Assembly: GCF_006345805.1 (NCBI RefSeq)
Contig: NW_021834677.1
Location: 1 to 46,711, forward strand
Reading direction: 5' to 3'
Length of the DNA stretch: 46,711 bases
Source of the DNA: Octopus sinensis
Lineage: Eukaryota
The notes under the pieces are model-generated. The model ran no database searches. It was not told where the DNA came from and was given only the letters and a program-made list of their open reading frames with translations. This document shows positions 1 to 13,967 of this stretch, piece by piece; position 1 is the first letter of the stretch, and each line of letters opens with the position of its first letter. Position numbers and translations under genes: made by a program.

Positions 1-1130
1 CTTAATCATACCTTGGTAGGATTTGAGCATGAGATCTAGAGGTATATACCTCCATATAAGTCATTTTAAGTTATGTCTTTTTCAACTATGTTAGTTTTAG
101 TGAACATATCTAAAAGCATAACGTTTTTTGCCTAAAAAACACCAAAAAACCAATACCAAAATCAAATAAAATACATATGAAAATATGTACAAATCAGTTA
201 TTAAAACAGATTAAAGCTAATAAATTTGTTAAAATGTAGTAGTTACAATGTTTACATGGCTTTCAAAACCAATAATTCTGACATTTCACCATGAGGTAAC
301 ATTGTTGTTAGTACCAAGAAATACAAACATTTGTGTTCACTGTCTATAAATTTCTCCCTTTTTTATATATATCACACACCCTATGTTTAACCCTTTAGCA
401 TTCACATTTTTCTATCAAAAGTAATGTGTGTATATATATATACATGTCTTGAGTTAGTTGCACTGAAGAGCATAGAATGCATATTCTGCATTGATTGCGA
501 AATCACAGGTGATATGTAACTAAATTCTGTTTTTAAATGACTCGCTTTGAAGTTTGCATTCGGTACAATTTGTTTATTTTAGTAGTTTTGACTGTAAAAG
601 TCCCTCCTAGCATGCGGTACCTATGAATAATAGTACCCTCTATATAATATAAATAAGTATTTTCAAAGTTGAAAAAATTTACAGATTTTTTCTCTTACGA
701 GGTTTTTCACACTAACTACTTGATAATTTCTTATAAAGATTTTATCCTATTTTAAAATTTATATATATTTATATACACATAAAACCATTATTATAGGGGT
801 AGCAAGTTGGAAAGACCTGTTAGGGAGTAGGACTGAATGCTTAGAGGAATTTCCTTCAGTGTTTTATGTTCTGAGTTCATATTCTGGCGAGTTTGACTTT
901 ACCTTTCACCTTCTTTTGGGGTCAATAAAATAAGTACCAGTTGAACCAGTAATCAACTTACCCTACTCCCCCAGAATTGCTGGCCTTGTGCCAAAATTTG
1001 AAACCAATATTAGTATTACTATTATTGAGATTCAATTCAGTTAAGAGTTCTTGGTGAACTTATGTGACGGATAATGCTGAGAGAGCATTTTTGCCTCATT
1101 GGTTAATATCAGATATTGTTATAAAGGTAT

Positions 1131-1527
1131 TCTTTTACTTGTTTCAGTCATTTCACTGCGGCCATGCTGGAGCACCGCCTTTAATCGAGCAAATCGACCC
1201 CAGGACTTATTCTTTGTAAGCCCAGTACTTATTCTATCGGTCTGGTCTCTTTTGCCGAACCGCTAAGTGACGGGGACATAAACACACCAGCATCGGTTGT
1301 CAAGCAATGCTAGGGGGACAAACATAGATACACAAACATACATGCCCCCCCCCCCATATATATATATATATGACGGGCTTCTTTCAGTTTCCGTCTACCA
1401 AATCCACTCACAAGGCTTTGGTTGGCCCGAGGCTATAGTAGAAGACACTTGTTCAAGGTACCACGCAGTGGGACTGAACCCGGAACCATGTGGTTGGTAA
1501 ACAAGCTACTTACCACACAGCCACTCC
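1131..1527 (-). mobile_element. tRNA-derived SINE family with internal microsatellite and (AAAGAGT)n tail
   Basis: Further copies at about 3030-3385, 5130-5340, 7420-7650, 28157-28530, 38188-38562, 39014-39392, 43780-44157, 45122-45530, 46630-end. Confidence 0.88.
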
Positions 1528-2062
1528 AGTAATTATAACTTTAGTTCTTTCATATTTAACTGTAATTATGTCCTTAAATTTCTTCTATAGGAAAACTGGC
1601 AATAAATATACGTTATGAACAACAATAATATTGTTTAACTATGAATTAATTACAGATGTAACATTACACGATATTTCCAACAGTGGCAAAATGATGTTCT
1701 CAACAGTACCTGTCACATAACAGGTAACACTCCAGTTAGTATATAGTAACCAAAAGAGAAAAACTCTAATATCAGAATTATCTCTCTTTAGGGAATGGAC
1801 AAACACAGAAAGATGGTGACACTGTCAATTATATTAAATAGAATGCTTGCTTTAACCCAATTAAATAGCATTTACCAGAGACCGTTCAGTAGAAATCATA
1901 TGAAACTGGACTACTCCAGACTGACCATAACTCTTTATGTATATTAATATTATAAACCATATCGTACTTATTTCTTCACCTATCAGTCTCAAAACTCTGA
2001 TAAAGAATACCAGATGCGTCCTTCCCTTTTCCTCTGATTAAGACACAAAGGTACAGTGGGCC

Positions 2063-2357
2063 TATATTTCGACTGACAATCCAAAATAATGTATCACGTG
2101 ACTATAATCCCAAATAAGGTAGCAATTAACTATATTGCTACTGACAATCCAAAATAATGTATCACGTGGCTATAATCCCAAATAAGGTAGCAATTGACTA
2201 TATTTCTACTGATAATCCAAAATAATGTACCATGTGGCTATAATCCCAAATAAGGTAGTAATTGACTAATTTCGACTGACATTCCAAAATAATGTATCAC
2301 GTGACTAAAATCCCAAATTAGGTAGCAATTGACTATATTTCTACTGATAATCCCAAA
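2063..2357. repeat. Minisatellite, about 4.3 x 68 bp
   Basis: actga(c/t)a(a/t)tcc recurs at 2072, 2140, 2208, 2275, 2343. Confidence 0.93.
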
Positions 2358-2699
2358 TGAGATGCAGTTTGTATTACTGCTGTTAATCCCTAATAAAGGT
2401 AAAAAGACTAGAGTTATCTCCCTCTAGATTAGTTACTAGCTTGTGTTATATGATGCTTAGATTTTTTTTTAATGTTCCGAGTTTTATGAATGTTACCACT
2501 AACATGACCAGATATCCAATGACTACATATATTACACACATGATTACATTCATTATCATCATCACTTAAGATCCATTTTCCAAACTGACAAGGTATAGAA
2601 GTAGTTGGGAGAGAGAGAAAGAGAGAGAGACATAAAAGTACATAAGAGTGACTATAGTGAGCAGACATGGTAGCAAATATAGGGGTGGGGTGTTCTGAT

Positions 2700-3025
2700 A
2701 CACACACACACATAAGGCCAATAAGACTACAAACATCCAACGTGACTATATTTCAAATATGACTGGGTATATATATCCAACACACACACATTTATATAAA
2801 TACACACATATATAAGCCCAATAAGACTACATACATCCAACATGACTATATTTCAAATACGACTAAGTATATATCCAAGACACACACACTGATATAACTA
2901 CACACACACACACATGCATATATAAGCCCAATAAAACTACATTTATCTAACATGACTAAGTATATATGTATATCCAACACAAGTATATGTAAACATGGTC
3001 ACACACATATAAGTCCAATAAGACA
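2700..3025. repeat. Degenerate CA-rich minisatellite (aagcccaataagactac...tccaacatgacta), about 4 units
   Basis: Motif repeats about four times, interleaved with (CA)n. Confidence 0.75.
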
Positions 3026-3124
3026 ACTGTGTGGCACCTTGGGCAAGTGTCTTCTACTATAGCCTCGGGCCGACCAAAGCCTTGTGAGTGGATTTGGTAG
3101 ACGGAAACTGAAAGAAGCCTGTCG

Positions 3125-3183
<59 letters not shown>

Positions 3184-3739
3184 TTGTGTGTCTGTGTTTG
3201 TCCCCCTAGCATTGCTTGACAACCGATGCTGGTGTGTTTATGTCCCCGTCACTTAGCTATTCGGCAAAAGAGACCGATAGAACAAGTACCGGGCTTACAA
3301 AGAATAAGTCCCGTGGTCGAGTTGCTTGATTAAAGGTGGTGCTCCAGCATGGCCGCAGTCAAATGACTGAAACCAGTAAAAGAGTATACAATAATCAACC
3401 AATGTCTTATCTTTGTTATGTTTGGAAAGGGTCAAGCTAATGCCAAGGTTTCACTTCCTAGCTGCAACTGTTCTGCTTTATTTTTGCCATTTGGGCAAGG
3501 CATATACATCACATCCTCACTCCTTTTTAAATCTCAAACCCATTACCTATACTACATTTATTTCAGACAAGAGCTGGTGCAATCTAATGCAGAATCCATC
3601 AATGAGTTATTAGAGCTGTTGATTTCAAATAAAGGAGTGAAACAATTATTCTTAAGGGAAAGAGATGTTCATACTCCTGCTAAAAGCATTAGCAACATAA
3701 ATAAAATACAGCTGAGGCCTGAAATCAATTCTTAGAGGT

Positions 3740-4033
3740 ACTCTACAAAGCTGTTCTTCACTCCTGCTCCAGAGCATCGGCTGCGGGGTCACTCCAAAAT
3801 GCTCTATCTGCGACGATTTCATCTCAATCAAAGGAGAGGGGCTTTCTCCGTCCGGGTTGCGGATCCGTGGAATAAGCTGCCGGGCGAGATAGTGAAGATG
3901 CCGACAACCGCTCGGTTCAAAGTCTCCCTTGACCACAAATGGCCTGAACTCTTTGCACCACCCTGTACATAACTCCATGTCCCCCTACATGGCCTTGCTT
4001 TTTGCGCCAAAAAATTAACTTAACTTAACTTAA
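3740..4033 (+). mobile_element. CR1/L2-group LINE 3' end with (TTAAC)n tail
   Basis: Translates LRGHSKML...FSVRVADPWNKLPGEIV...FKVSLD. Confidence 0.85.
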
Positions 4034-4591
4034 GAGTTTACAATCTAGGCTAGGGTCTGCACTTTTTGTGATTATTAAAAAAAAAGGGCTGAATTAATCA
4101 CAGACACACAAGTCCCCTATTCCATAATATGAATACTGAATAAAACTATCAACATATGCAAAAGAATACACAATGCAGTTAAAATGTGCAGTCTACAGGG
4201 TGCAGCTGCCAACACCAAAACTTTTGAATAGAAGTTCCATGTCCCATCTAAGCTAGAAAAACTATGACTCGTTAGTAAGTTATTTCCTTGTTAATTAAAT
4301 TAGGTTAATTAACAGCAACAGTTGATTAGTGTGATCAACAGAAATGCTTTCCTTGTCAAGACTCACCATCTCCAGCCATTTATTCCTGCTGCAAAACAAC
4401 ATCAAGTAGTTTTAGTCTTCCAGTTTCTGAGTTAACCCCCAATCCCATCCGACCCTTTTTGGGGTTTAACTGCATAACAGAAGTAATACTGATTAAGGTA
4501 GGTGTACCAGCTTACAAGGCGTTCAGAAGAAAATTATCCCTCTTTATGTAACCTCCCCACTTCAGTCTTCAAACTGATATCACATTACCAG

Positions 4592-4985
4592 TGGAGGCGC
4601 AATGGCCCAGTGGTTAGGGCAGCGGACTCGTGGTCATAGGATCGCGCTTTCGATTCCCAGACCGGGCGTTGTGAGTGTTTATTGAGCGAAAACACCTAAA
4701 GCTCCACGAGGCTCCGGCAGGGGATGGTGGTGATCCCTGCTGTACTCTTTCACCACAACTTTCTCTCACTCTTACTTCCTGTTTCTGTTGTACCTGTATT
4801 TCAAAGGGCCGGCCTTGTCACTCTCTGTGTCACGCTGAATATCCCCGAGAACTACGTTAAGGGTACACGTGTCTGTGGAGTGCTCAGCCACTTACACGTT
4901 AATTTCACGAGCAGGCTGTTCCATTGATTGGATCAACCGGAACCCTCGTCGTTGTAACCGACGGAGTGCTTCCATCCATCCACCA
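4592..4985 (+). mobile_element. tRNA-derived SINE, full length (fragments of the same family at 12830-12925 and 13320-13520)
   Basis: Head with A box TGGCCCAGTGG and B box TTCGATTCCC; (CCAT)n-like tail. Confidence 0.8.
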
Positions 4986-6444
4986 TCACATTACCATACT
5001 GTCTCCTCTCTTTGTCTGTTATACTGCTACTGTAACAGTCTCTGCTCTTCACAACTTATTGGCTCCAGTCAATTCTGTTTCAACACCATAACTACTACTG
5101 CCAATACTATGATGAAATTATGACTAAGATACACAACTACAGTTGCCATGAGCCAATATGTATGTGGTCACTAGATTTGTTAGAAATAAGGGAGCTTGCT
5201 TCCTAGCTATATGGTTTCAGGTTCAGTCCCATTGCATGGCATTTTGGGCAGGTGTCTTCCACTATAGCTCCCGAGCCGACCGAAGCTTTGTGATTGAATC
5301 CGGTAGGTGGAAGTTACTGCCGTGTGTGTATGTGTGCGTATAGCTGCTCAGTGCCTCTACGAAAGAGAGAGAGGGGAAGAGTCAGGTCTCCCTTAAAGCA
5401 AATGCTACAATCAAAAAAAAAAAAAAAAAGAAAAGAAAAAAAACCCCAGCTTTGATCATGAGTCAGCTTGATTATTTCTCACCTGGGGCTAAACAGTAAC
5501 TCTTGCTAGGTCAGTCTACCTAGCTGTCATCAGATACACCTCACCATATTACAGAACAGCTCTGCTATGGATAACCCCTGACTATTGGCAATAACTCAAG
5601 AAACAAAAGTACAGTACTGATTCAATTCCAAGTCAATCCTTCTTGCCTGAGAGAAATGAACTACACCAAGAGAGGTTATGCAACATTTGGGTTTCCTTAG
5701 TTTTCAGTCCCCCTCCCACCGCATCATCAGTCATCTGATGGCTGCTGCAAAACAGTCCATCATACACATATCACTAAATGGATCTGTTGCTTGAAGCAGT
5801 TGGTGAGATATGGGGGAAAATTTTTTTTAAAAGTGGCCACCTGGGTAGTATGTAGATATGTGGTGCCACATATCTGGGTAGGTGTCATGTACCATATACC
5901 TGGATAGATATACAGATATGTGGTACCACGTACCTTGGTAGTTGTGTGGTACTACATATCTGAGCAGGTACGTTCTAAGTTCAAATTCCGCCGAGGTCGA
6001 CTTTGCCTTTCATCCTTTCGGGGTCGATAAATTAAGTACTAGTTACGCACTGGGGTCAATGTACTCGACTTAATCCGTTTGTCTGTCCTTGTTTGTCTCC
6101 TCTGTGTTTAGCCCCTTGTGGGTAGTAAAGAAATAGGTATACAATACCTTATACCTTGGGTCATTGTGTGATGTAATTAATACAAAAGCAAGCAGGTTAG
6201 TCAGTGAATTAATTGTTATTTTAATTATGATATAACAACAACGTACAAGACGGAGATGTAAAAAAAAAACGAAGATGTAACAGCAACTTGTAAAAGGTAT
6301 TTTTTTTTTTTTGTGTTTCTGATGTTAAAAACAATGAGTAACAGTAAAAGTGGGAGCTGGTGAATATCGAGAGGGCTGGGGAGTTGAGATCAAGAGTAGA
6401 AGGGGTGAAAATGACAATGATGGTAAGAATTGAAGGCAGTGACA

Positions 6445-6543
6445 TCAAGTGGTGAATGAGAGTGGTGGGAATTCATCAGTCAATAACACCAACACTCGAC
6501 ATGTCGGACAAGTTTTCTGGATCTCCAGCCATTTACGAATACA
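6445..6543 (-). CDS. TTC3/DZIP3-like E3 ligase, terminal exon (CIRKWLEIQKTCPTCRVLVLLTDEFPPLSFTT*)
   Basis: Completes RING-H2 (C..W...CPTC) with the DZIP3/TTC3-like tail LL.DEFP; acceptor TTTTTTTTTTCCAG; TGA at 6447-6445. Confidence 0.9.
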   Translation of the reverse strand, partial: CIRKWLEIQKTCPTCRVLVLLTDEFPPLSFTT

Positions 6544-6962
6544 CTGGAAAAAAAAAGAATTGAAAAGAAGGAATGGTTAGCATGTAATTTTGCTTTAGAA
6601 AGTGGTGTGTGTTGGGGGGGGGGGGTCTCATAGAAATATCAAACAATAACATTGAGATATTTATTGCTTATTGACTTTTCCATTGTCTTAAAAATTAAGC
6701 TTGGTGTTGATACAAAGGGAGACCGATACACTAATATAATTAAGCTCAGTGTTAAGAAGGGAACAATGGAGATTGATTCCCCAGTATAATTAAGCTCAAT
6801 ATTGTTAATGAGGGACACTGACATGCCAACATAATTAAAGCCACAGTTGTTAACGAGGAACATTATATTTCTACTGTTGTTGCAGTCTCTGTCAGGGAGA
6901 AGACACTACACCAATATGACATGCTGTTGCTGCATTTTCGGGCATACAAGTCGACGTAGTAT

Positions 6963-6995
<33 letters not shown>

Positions 6996-7931
6996 CACAT
7001 AATATATACGTTTTTATTATTATTTTGCAATTTACTTAATCGTCGGTATATTATTATTATTTTAATTTTAATATTTCTATTATATGTAATTTTCTAGATG
7101 GTGTAATTTAATTGTTCATTTTGAATTGATAAAAGGTGGTTTTTTTCTAATTTTTATATATATATATATTATATTTTGTGAAATTTGAGTTAGTATTTCT
7201 CAATTGAATTTTTCCCTGTTAGTTAGGAATAATATTCCCTCAAATAATTATTATATATATATATATGTGTTAAACATGTAGTGTAAACATCCAAACATCA
7301 TCACTATCTTTCCAAATCCTGCTGCATATCCCACGGATGGTCCTCCAAAGCCATCTTGGTGTATAAGTCAACCTACCTCTTTTGGCTACAAATTTTGGTC
7401 TGAAAAATTCAACTTGTATTTCTTTTTCTTTTATAAGTTTCAGTCATTTGACTGCAGCCATGCTGGAGCACCTCTTTGAAAAACTTTAGTCAAACAAATC
7501 AACCCAGGATTTATTTTTCAAGTACTTATCCTATCAGTCTCATTTGCCAAACCACTAATGTTATGGGGGATGTAAACACACCAACACTGGTTGTCAAGTG
7601 GTGATGGGAGAATAAACACAAAGACACACTCACATAGATATATACATAAATACATATCATCATCATCATCATCGTTTAACGTCTGGTCTCCATGCTAGCA
7701 TGGGTTGGACGATTTGACTGAGGTCTGGCAAACCAGATGGCTGCACCAATCTGATCTGGCAGAGTCTCTACAGTTGGATGCCCTTCCTAATGCCAACCAC
7801 TCTGAGAGTGTAGTGGGTGCTTTTACGTGCCACCGGCACAAGGGCCAGTCAGGCGGTACTGGCAACGGCCACACTCAAATGGTGCTTTTTATGTGCCACC
7901 TGCACAGGAGCCAGGTGGCACATAAAAAGCA

Positions 7932-7967
<36 letters not shown>

Positions 7968-8522
7968 GGTTTCTTTCGGTTTCTATCTACCAAATCCACT
8001 CATGAGGCTTTGGTTGTCCAGAGAATATGGTAATGATCCATCACTGGCAGAGTAGGATTGCTGTCATCATTACAGCTTTACAGTAGAACTGATGGCATCA
8101 ACTTGTAAGTCAACAGATGATGACAAGGTATTGCAATATTCAAATTCATGGCTGCTGCTGCTGCTGCTGCTACTACTACTACAAACTAATTGAAAACCTA
8201 GTTGTCTGGGTTTTGAAGATCATCATCATCATCATCGTTTAATGTCTGCTTTCCATGCTATCATGGGTTGGACGATTGTGACTGAGGACTGGTGAACCAG
8301 ACGGCTGCACCAGGCTCCAGTCTTGATCTGGCAGAGTTTCTACAGCTGGCTGCCCTTCCTAACGCCAACCACTCTGAGAATGTAGTGGGTGCTTTTATGT
8401 GCTGGTGGCACATAATAGAAGATATAAAATTAGATAATAATAGACTTTGCAGTTTTCAAGGAATTTCATTGTCCTTGGAAACGGTGCTGCTGTTGATTGA
8501 TACAGAAAAGACAAAAACTTAC

Positions 8523-8741
8523 CAGGTCATGATAACTATGGCCACATTGCAGTTTGTTTATTTTATCATTGTGTAAAGTGTCATGGCAAATCGAACACAA
8601 TGGTATTTCACTTTTGCTACCAGAAGCTCTCAAATCTGGTGGCACTTTTACTGTTTTCTTGGAAGTATTCAACGCAACAGTGTCAGGCGGTTTTCTGCTT
8701 CGGATATTTTTGGCAGCTACCATGCTATATGTGGACGGTAT
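8523..8741 (-). CDS. TTC3/DZIP3-like E3 ligase, coding exon 4 (first half of RING-H2: CSICHDTLHNDKINKLQCGHSYHDL)
   Basis: C-x2-C...C-x-H-x2-H pattern; acceptor CTCTCTTGTGTTAG, donor CTG|GTAAGT, phases 0/0. Confidence 0.9.
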
Positions 8742-9737
8742 CTAACACAAGAGAGAGAAGAAGAATATTATAATTTATGTTAGAACGGACTTTCAAAAGT
8801 AAAAAAAAAAAAAATCAAGGAAAAAATAGATGTCTTTCAAGAAAAATAAAAGTGCAAATTATTTATTCCTGGCTATTTTCATAATCCTCATTGTAATTAG
8901 TCGTTAGAGCATCAAATAGAATGCCTTGTAATATACTTCATCATACTTCTATAGGAAAACATCATCATCGTTTAGCGTCTGCTTTCCATGCTGGCATGGG
9001 TTGGACGGTTCAACTGGGGTCTGGGAAGCCAGAAGGCTGCACCAGGCCCAGTTTGATCTGGCAATGTTTCTATGGCTGGATGCCCTTCCTAACGCCAACC
9101 ACTCCATGAGTGTAGTGGGTGCTTTTTACATGCCACCGGCACAGGTGCCAGACAAGTCTAGCAAACGGCCACGATCGGATGGTGCTTTTTATGTGCCACC
9201 GGCACGGGGGCCAGGCAAGGCTGGCAACGGCCACGAACGGATGGTGCTTTTTACGTGCCACCGGCACGGGGGCCAGGCGATATAATTTTAAATGAGATCA
9301 AAATGTTGTCAATAGTTGGTTGATAAGTTTTAAGGGAAACAGAGACCCTGATCAAAAACCGTGAACAGCCAATGGATAACATTTACAGGACACACAAAAG
9401 CCCATGTTAAGAACCATGAACAGATGGTGGTTGACATTTAAGGGAGACACAGAGGCCCTATGAACTGAATAGCTGGTGGGTGACTTTTAAGGGGCACACA
9501 GAAGCTCTTATTATGTAAATTAAACCTCTATGTGATAACATGATTGAAATAGCAGCCAGATCTCCATGAAATCACACTTTGCTATCTTAAAAAGTAACAG
9601 GATGGGTACAGTTGGATCGATGATAGGCTAGTGGAACAGGACTGACCAGGGCTAAACAACTGTTTTATTGATAGTAATTGCATCTGTGAAATAAAGCTGT
9701 ATTTTAAAAGAAGGAAGAATGGAAATAAACTATTTAC

Positions 9738-10087
9738 CGAGGGATCACATCTGGAAGACCCTGGCTGACACTCAATCAGTGCTCTTTCATTTGATAAAGG
9801 TTTTTCTTTACATGTCTGAGACTGATCGTTGCCATGGAGTTTTGTGGGCGAAGCTTCCTTGTTTTTTGCACGCTTCCGAGCCTTCTTTCGCGAATTGTTG
9901 CGATGATTCGAACTGCACTCTTCTGGTATCAAGGCATCGATGCAAATATCTTGTGTTGCACTCTCAGTAACCGAAACAGGAGTCTGTCTGGGACAGTTCT
10001 GAGTATTTTTTTGATTCTTGTCTGGGGTGAGGACATCTCCAAAAACATTGAAAACAATATTCTGCAGTGAAAGAGACTCGTGTTTGG
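9738..10087 (-). CDS. TTC3/DZIP3-like E3 ligase, coding exon 3 (low-complexity linker with basic NLS-like RKKARKRAKNK)
   Basis: 350-nt open frame between acceptor TTATTATTTCAG and donor TCG|GTAAAT; phases 1/0 match both neighbours. Confidence 0.75.
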
Positions 10088-11549
10088 CTGAAATAATAAC
10101 ACATGGTAAAAATCAATTAAATGTTATGAAAAGGAAAAGTTAGTGAGAGAGACTTACAACTCAATTCTTATGCAGAATTTGCATAAGGTACTTATCTGTA
10201 AAGAGTAAAGTACAAACACAAAGTACTTTACTCCTCAGGCTTCAGTTTTTCCTAACCAAGATACAGCTATCGTTTCTTATTTCTTTATTGAATGGTTGTG
10301 GAATTAAGTTACAAATTGCCTGACTATACACTTGCTACTGGATTATGGAGCTTGTCTCAACAGAACAGTTTAATACTGGTTTCAAATTTGGTACAAGTGA
10401 GGGTGTAAGCTGACTATATTGACCCCACCAAAAGGATGCAAACAAAGTCAGCCCTGGTGGAATATGAACTCAGAACGCTGCTAAGCATTTTGCCCAGTGT
10501 GCTAATGACTCTGCCAGCTGGCCTCCTTAAAATACTTTAATCTGTTTGCTTTTAAACCGGCCATATCAGACCCAAGTATTCTACCTGTTTTATCTCCAAA
10601 CTGGACAGATTTGGCCTTTCACACCTATTCTAAACTGCCTTTCTGAAAATAATCAATCACATTATTGAAATCTCAAAGCTATGAGATAATGCTTGAGATT
10701 AAGTCAAGGCTTGAGATTAATTCAATCTTGATAATGCTTCAGATTAACTCAATCTCAAGGCTATGCGATTAAGTCAAGACTGTGTGAACGAATAAGCATT
10801 ACATTTGAAAGAATAATCTGAATGCTAAAGGGTTAATGTTGGTTTCAAATTTTGGCACAAGGCCAGCAATTTTGGGAAAAGGGCTAGTTGATTACTTTGA
10901 CCCCAGTGCTCATCATCATCATCATTTAATGTCTGTTTTATATGCTGGTATGGGCTGGACAGCTTGACAGGAACTGATAAGGCCAGGGACCATACCTGGT
11001 TCCACAGTCTGTTTTTGACATGGTTTCTATGGCTGGATGCTCTCCCTAAAGCCAACAGCTAGTTATTTTATCAACCCTGAAGGGATGAAAGACAAAAGTT
11101 GAACTTGGCAGAATTTGAACTCAGAACATAAAGATGAGCAAAATTCCACTAAGCATTTTGCCTGACATGCTAATGACTCTGCCAACTTACCACCTGAAAA
11201 TACTTCAATATTTATTTCTTTACTACCCACAAGGGGCTAAACACAGAGAGGACAAACAAGGACAGACAAACAGATGAAGTTGATTATATCGACCTCAGTG
11301 CGTAACTGGTACTTATTTAATCGATCCCGAAAGGATGAAAGGCAAAGTCGACCATGGCGGAATTTGAACTCAGAACGTAACGGTAGATGAAATACAGCTA
11401 CGCATTTTGCCCCGGCGTGCTAACGTTTCTGCCAGCATGGTGTGGTATGTGTGTGTGTATGAGACAATGAGAGAGGTAAAAAAGAAAAAAGCCAGACAAA
11501 ACAAAACTCAGAGAGAGAGAGAGAGAAAGATATAAACATTAAGCTGTAC

Positions 11550-11815
11550 CTGTTTGGATGTGGTGTGATGTATCAGAATCTGTCTGCGAGTGTTGTTCAG
11601 TGATTTGGCTGCTGTCTTCTGAAATGTCTTTCTTCAGGAAAAGAATGTCAGGTTTAATAACAGAGACATTATTGGACTGTAGTAGAAAGTTGGACAGACC
11701 TCCAGAAAATTGTATGATATTCTGTTGGTCAGGAGTAATTGATGTCCACACCTGCTGAAATTCACTGCTGTTCACTGATAATGGACCGTACTCGTGTAAT
11801 ATGCTGCAGAACAAT
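11550..11815 (-). CDS. TTC3/DZIP3-like E3 ligase, coding exon 2 (TTC3/DZIP3-type winged-helix-like domain)
   Basis: LFCSILHEYGPL...FSGGLSNFLLQS resembles the TTC3/DZIP3 motif FSQFLEEHGPL...GGLKPFLLGC as I recall it; acceptor TTTTCCATAG, donor CAG|GTACAG, phases 2/1. Confidence 0.8.
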
Positions 11816-12119
11816 CTATGGAAAAGGAAAATAAAATAGATGATAAGCTGCAGGGATAAGAGAACTGACATCAGTTTTATATCTACCTTCTCCATGCTAC
11901 TCTCAGTTGAATGAGACTTTTTGAAGCTGAGTTTTAAGGAGTGATACTATTCCTGATGCCAAACATTTTACTGACTTCTTATGACATACAGAGATATGGT
12001 GTTCCTATTCTACAAATCAAAGACATTTAATAGGTATCAGTTAACAGTCTGATGCGATTTTCACTAATCTGTAAGGAGTCACTGACTAAAGTATGTAGAA
12101 GCTAATATACTTGCAAGTG

Positions 12120-12385
12120 TGTGGCTTCTGTGCCGGTGGCACGTAAAAAGCACCAACCGATCGTGGCCGCTGCCAGCCTCCCATGGCAACTGTGCCGGTG
12201 GCACGTAAAAAGCACCCACTACACTCATGGAGTGGTTGGCGTTAGGAAGGGCATCCAGCTGTAGAAACACTGCCAGATCAGACTGGAGCCTGGTGTAGCC
12301 CCCTGGCTTCCCAGACCCCGGTCGAACCGTCCAACCCGTGCTAGCATGGAAAACGGACGTTAAACGATGATGATGATGATGATGT
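12120..12385 (+). mobile_element. SINE with RTE-like (ATG)n tail (gtggcacgtaaaaagcacc...ggaagggcatccag)
   Basis: Further copies at about 7665-7935, 8220-8410, 8960-9280, 13700-13950, 19245-19427, 23065-23410, 30233-30390, 30750-30930, 31085-31350, 40845-41430, 46080-46250; explains the recurring LQLDALPNANH ORFs. Confidence 0.88.
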
Positions 12386-13967
12386 GTGTATGTATGTGTG
12401 TGTGTGAGAGAGAGTATATATACTCTTCAACTGATTTCAGTCATTGATCTGGGAATCTCTAGCAATTTTGGGTCTCCTGCAGTTCTACATTTGTCTGATG
12501 TCATCTTCCTGACAATCTTGGGTTTCCCACTGCCCCAAACCTGTTGTCTGTCATCTCCCAAACAACCTTGAACTCTCACTGCACCACAACTGTCTTCTGT
12601 CATCTCCCTAACAGTCTTGGTCTTTCACTGCCCCACAACTGTCTTCTGTTGTCTGCTATGATACAAGACATACATACAGACATGGACTCACACATGCAGA
12701 TTCCACCAAATTCCACTTACAAAACCCAAGGCTATTGCAGAAGACACTTGCCAAAAGACCAATCAGTGGCACTGAATCCCAAACTTCCAAATGATGAAAT
12801 AGACTTTTAAACCACTCAGCCATGGTTGCACTCATAAACACACAATGCCCGGTCTGGGAATCAAAACCACAATCCTCCAACCGCGAGTCCACTGCCCTAA
12901 CCACTGGGCCATTGCGCCTCCAATAGAATAAGTACTAGCCTTTAAAATTATATTAAGTACTAGGGTTGACTTATTAGACTAAAAGTTCTTCAAACTAGTA
13001 CTCCAGCATGGCCGCAATCCAATGACTGAAACATGTGAAAGATAAAAGATTCAAAAATAAAGAAGACAATAGTTGATGGTACCTACAGCATTGCCCCTTG
13101 GAGGGCAAATGTTTTCCACCAAAGATCCAGACTGACTAAAGTTTTGCAAGTGGATTTCATAGGCAAAAACTGAAAGAAGTCCATCATGTGTGTGCATGTA
13201 TGTGAACGTACGTGGCTTAGTGGTTATGGATATTTGGCTCACAGTCGTGAGTTCAATTACCGTTGGCACAGTGTGTCCTTGAGCAAGATATTTTATTTCA
13301 TGTTGCTCCAGTCCACTCAGCTGGCGAAAATGAGTAGTAGCCGTATTTAAAAGGACCGGCCTTGTCACATTCTGTGTCGCACTGAATCTCCCTGAGATCT
13401 ACTTTAAGGGTACACATGTCTGTGGAGTGTTTAGCCCCTTGCATGTTAAATTCGTGAGTAGGCTGTTCCCGTTGATCGGGCACAACCGGAACCCTTGTCG
13501 TCGTAACCAACAGGGTGCCATTGTGTCTGTGACTTTGTCTTGAGATTGCATGATAGCTGTACATGAAAGGAAACCTTCATTTCGAAACTTCCTCGAAAAC
13601 GTGTAGTTGAAAACAGGTGAGGGTTGGTGAGAGGAAGGGCATCCAGCTGTATAAAAACCACATCAAGAAATTCATTCTCACCAATGCAAGCATGGATAAG
13701 TGGATAAAAAGCACCATCCGTTCGTGGCCGTTTGCCAGCTCCGTCTGGCACCTGTGCGGGTGGCACGTAAAAAGCACCCACTACACTCACGGAGTGGTTG
13801 GCGTTAGGAAGGGCATCCAGCCGTAGAAACACTGCCAGATCTGACTGGGCCTGGTGCAGCCTTCCGGCTTCACAGACCCCAGTTGAACCGTCCAACCCAT
13901 GCTAGCATGGAAAACGGACGCTAAATGATGATGATGATGATGATGATGATACAAGAAAAATGCTCAC

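Noticed and set aside
3567-3735. Possible plus-strand terminal exon (QELVQSNAESINELLELL...) and open frames at 1656-1723, 1791-1938, 1987-2050
   Set aside because: Splice-like signals exist on both strands, but I could not build a phase-consistent, recognisable protein; left uncalled.
9330-9510. Faint ~55-bp degenerate repeat (ttaaggg...acacagag)
   Set aside because: Too diverged to define a unit confidently; no evident function.
11887-12010. Apparent extra exon upstream of ligase exon 2 (AAG|GTAGAT donor)
   Set aside because: Stops in all frames over the plausible exon; the 13968-14035 exon fits the phase cleanly.
7705-13895. Recurring ORFs containing LQLDALPNANH, and MSSNARGTN-type ORFs elsewhere
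   Set aside because: Conceptual translations of high-copy SINE sequence, not a gene family.
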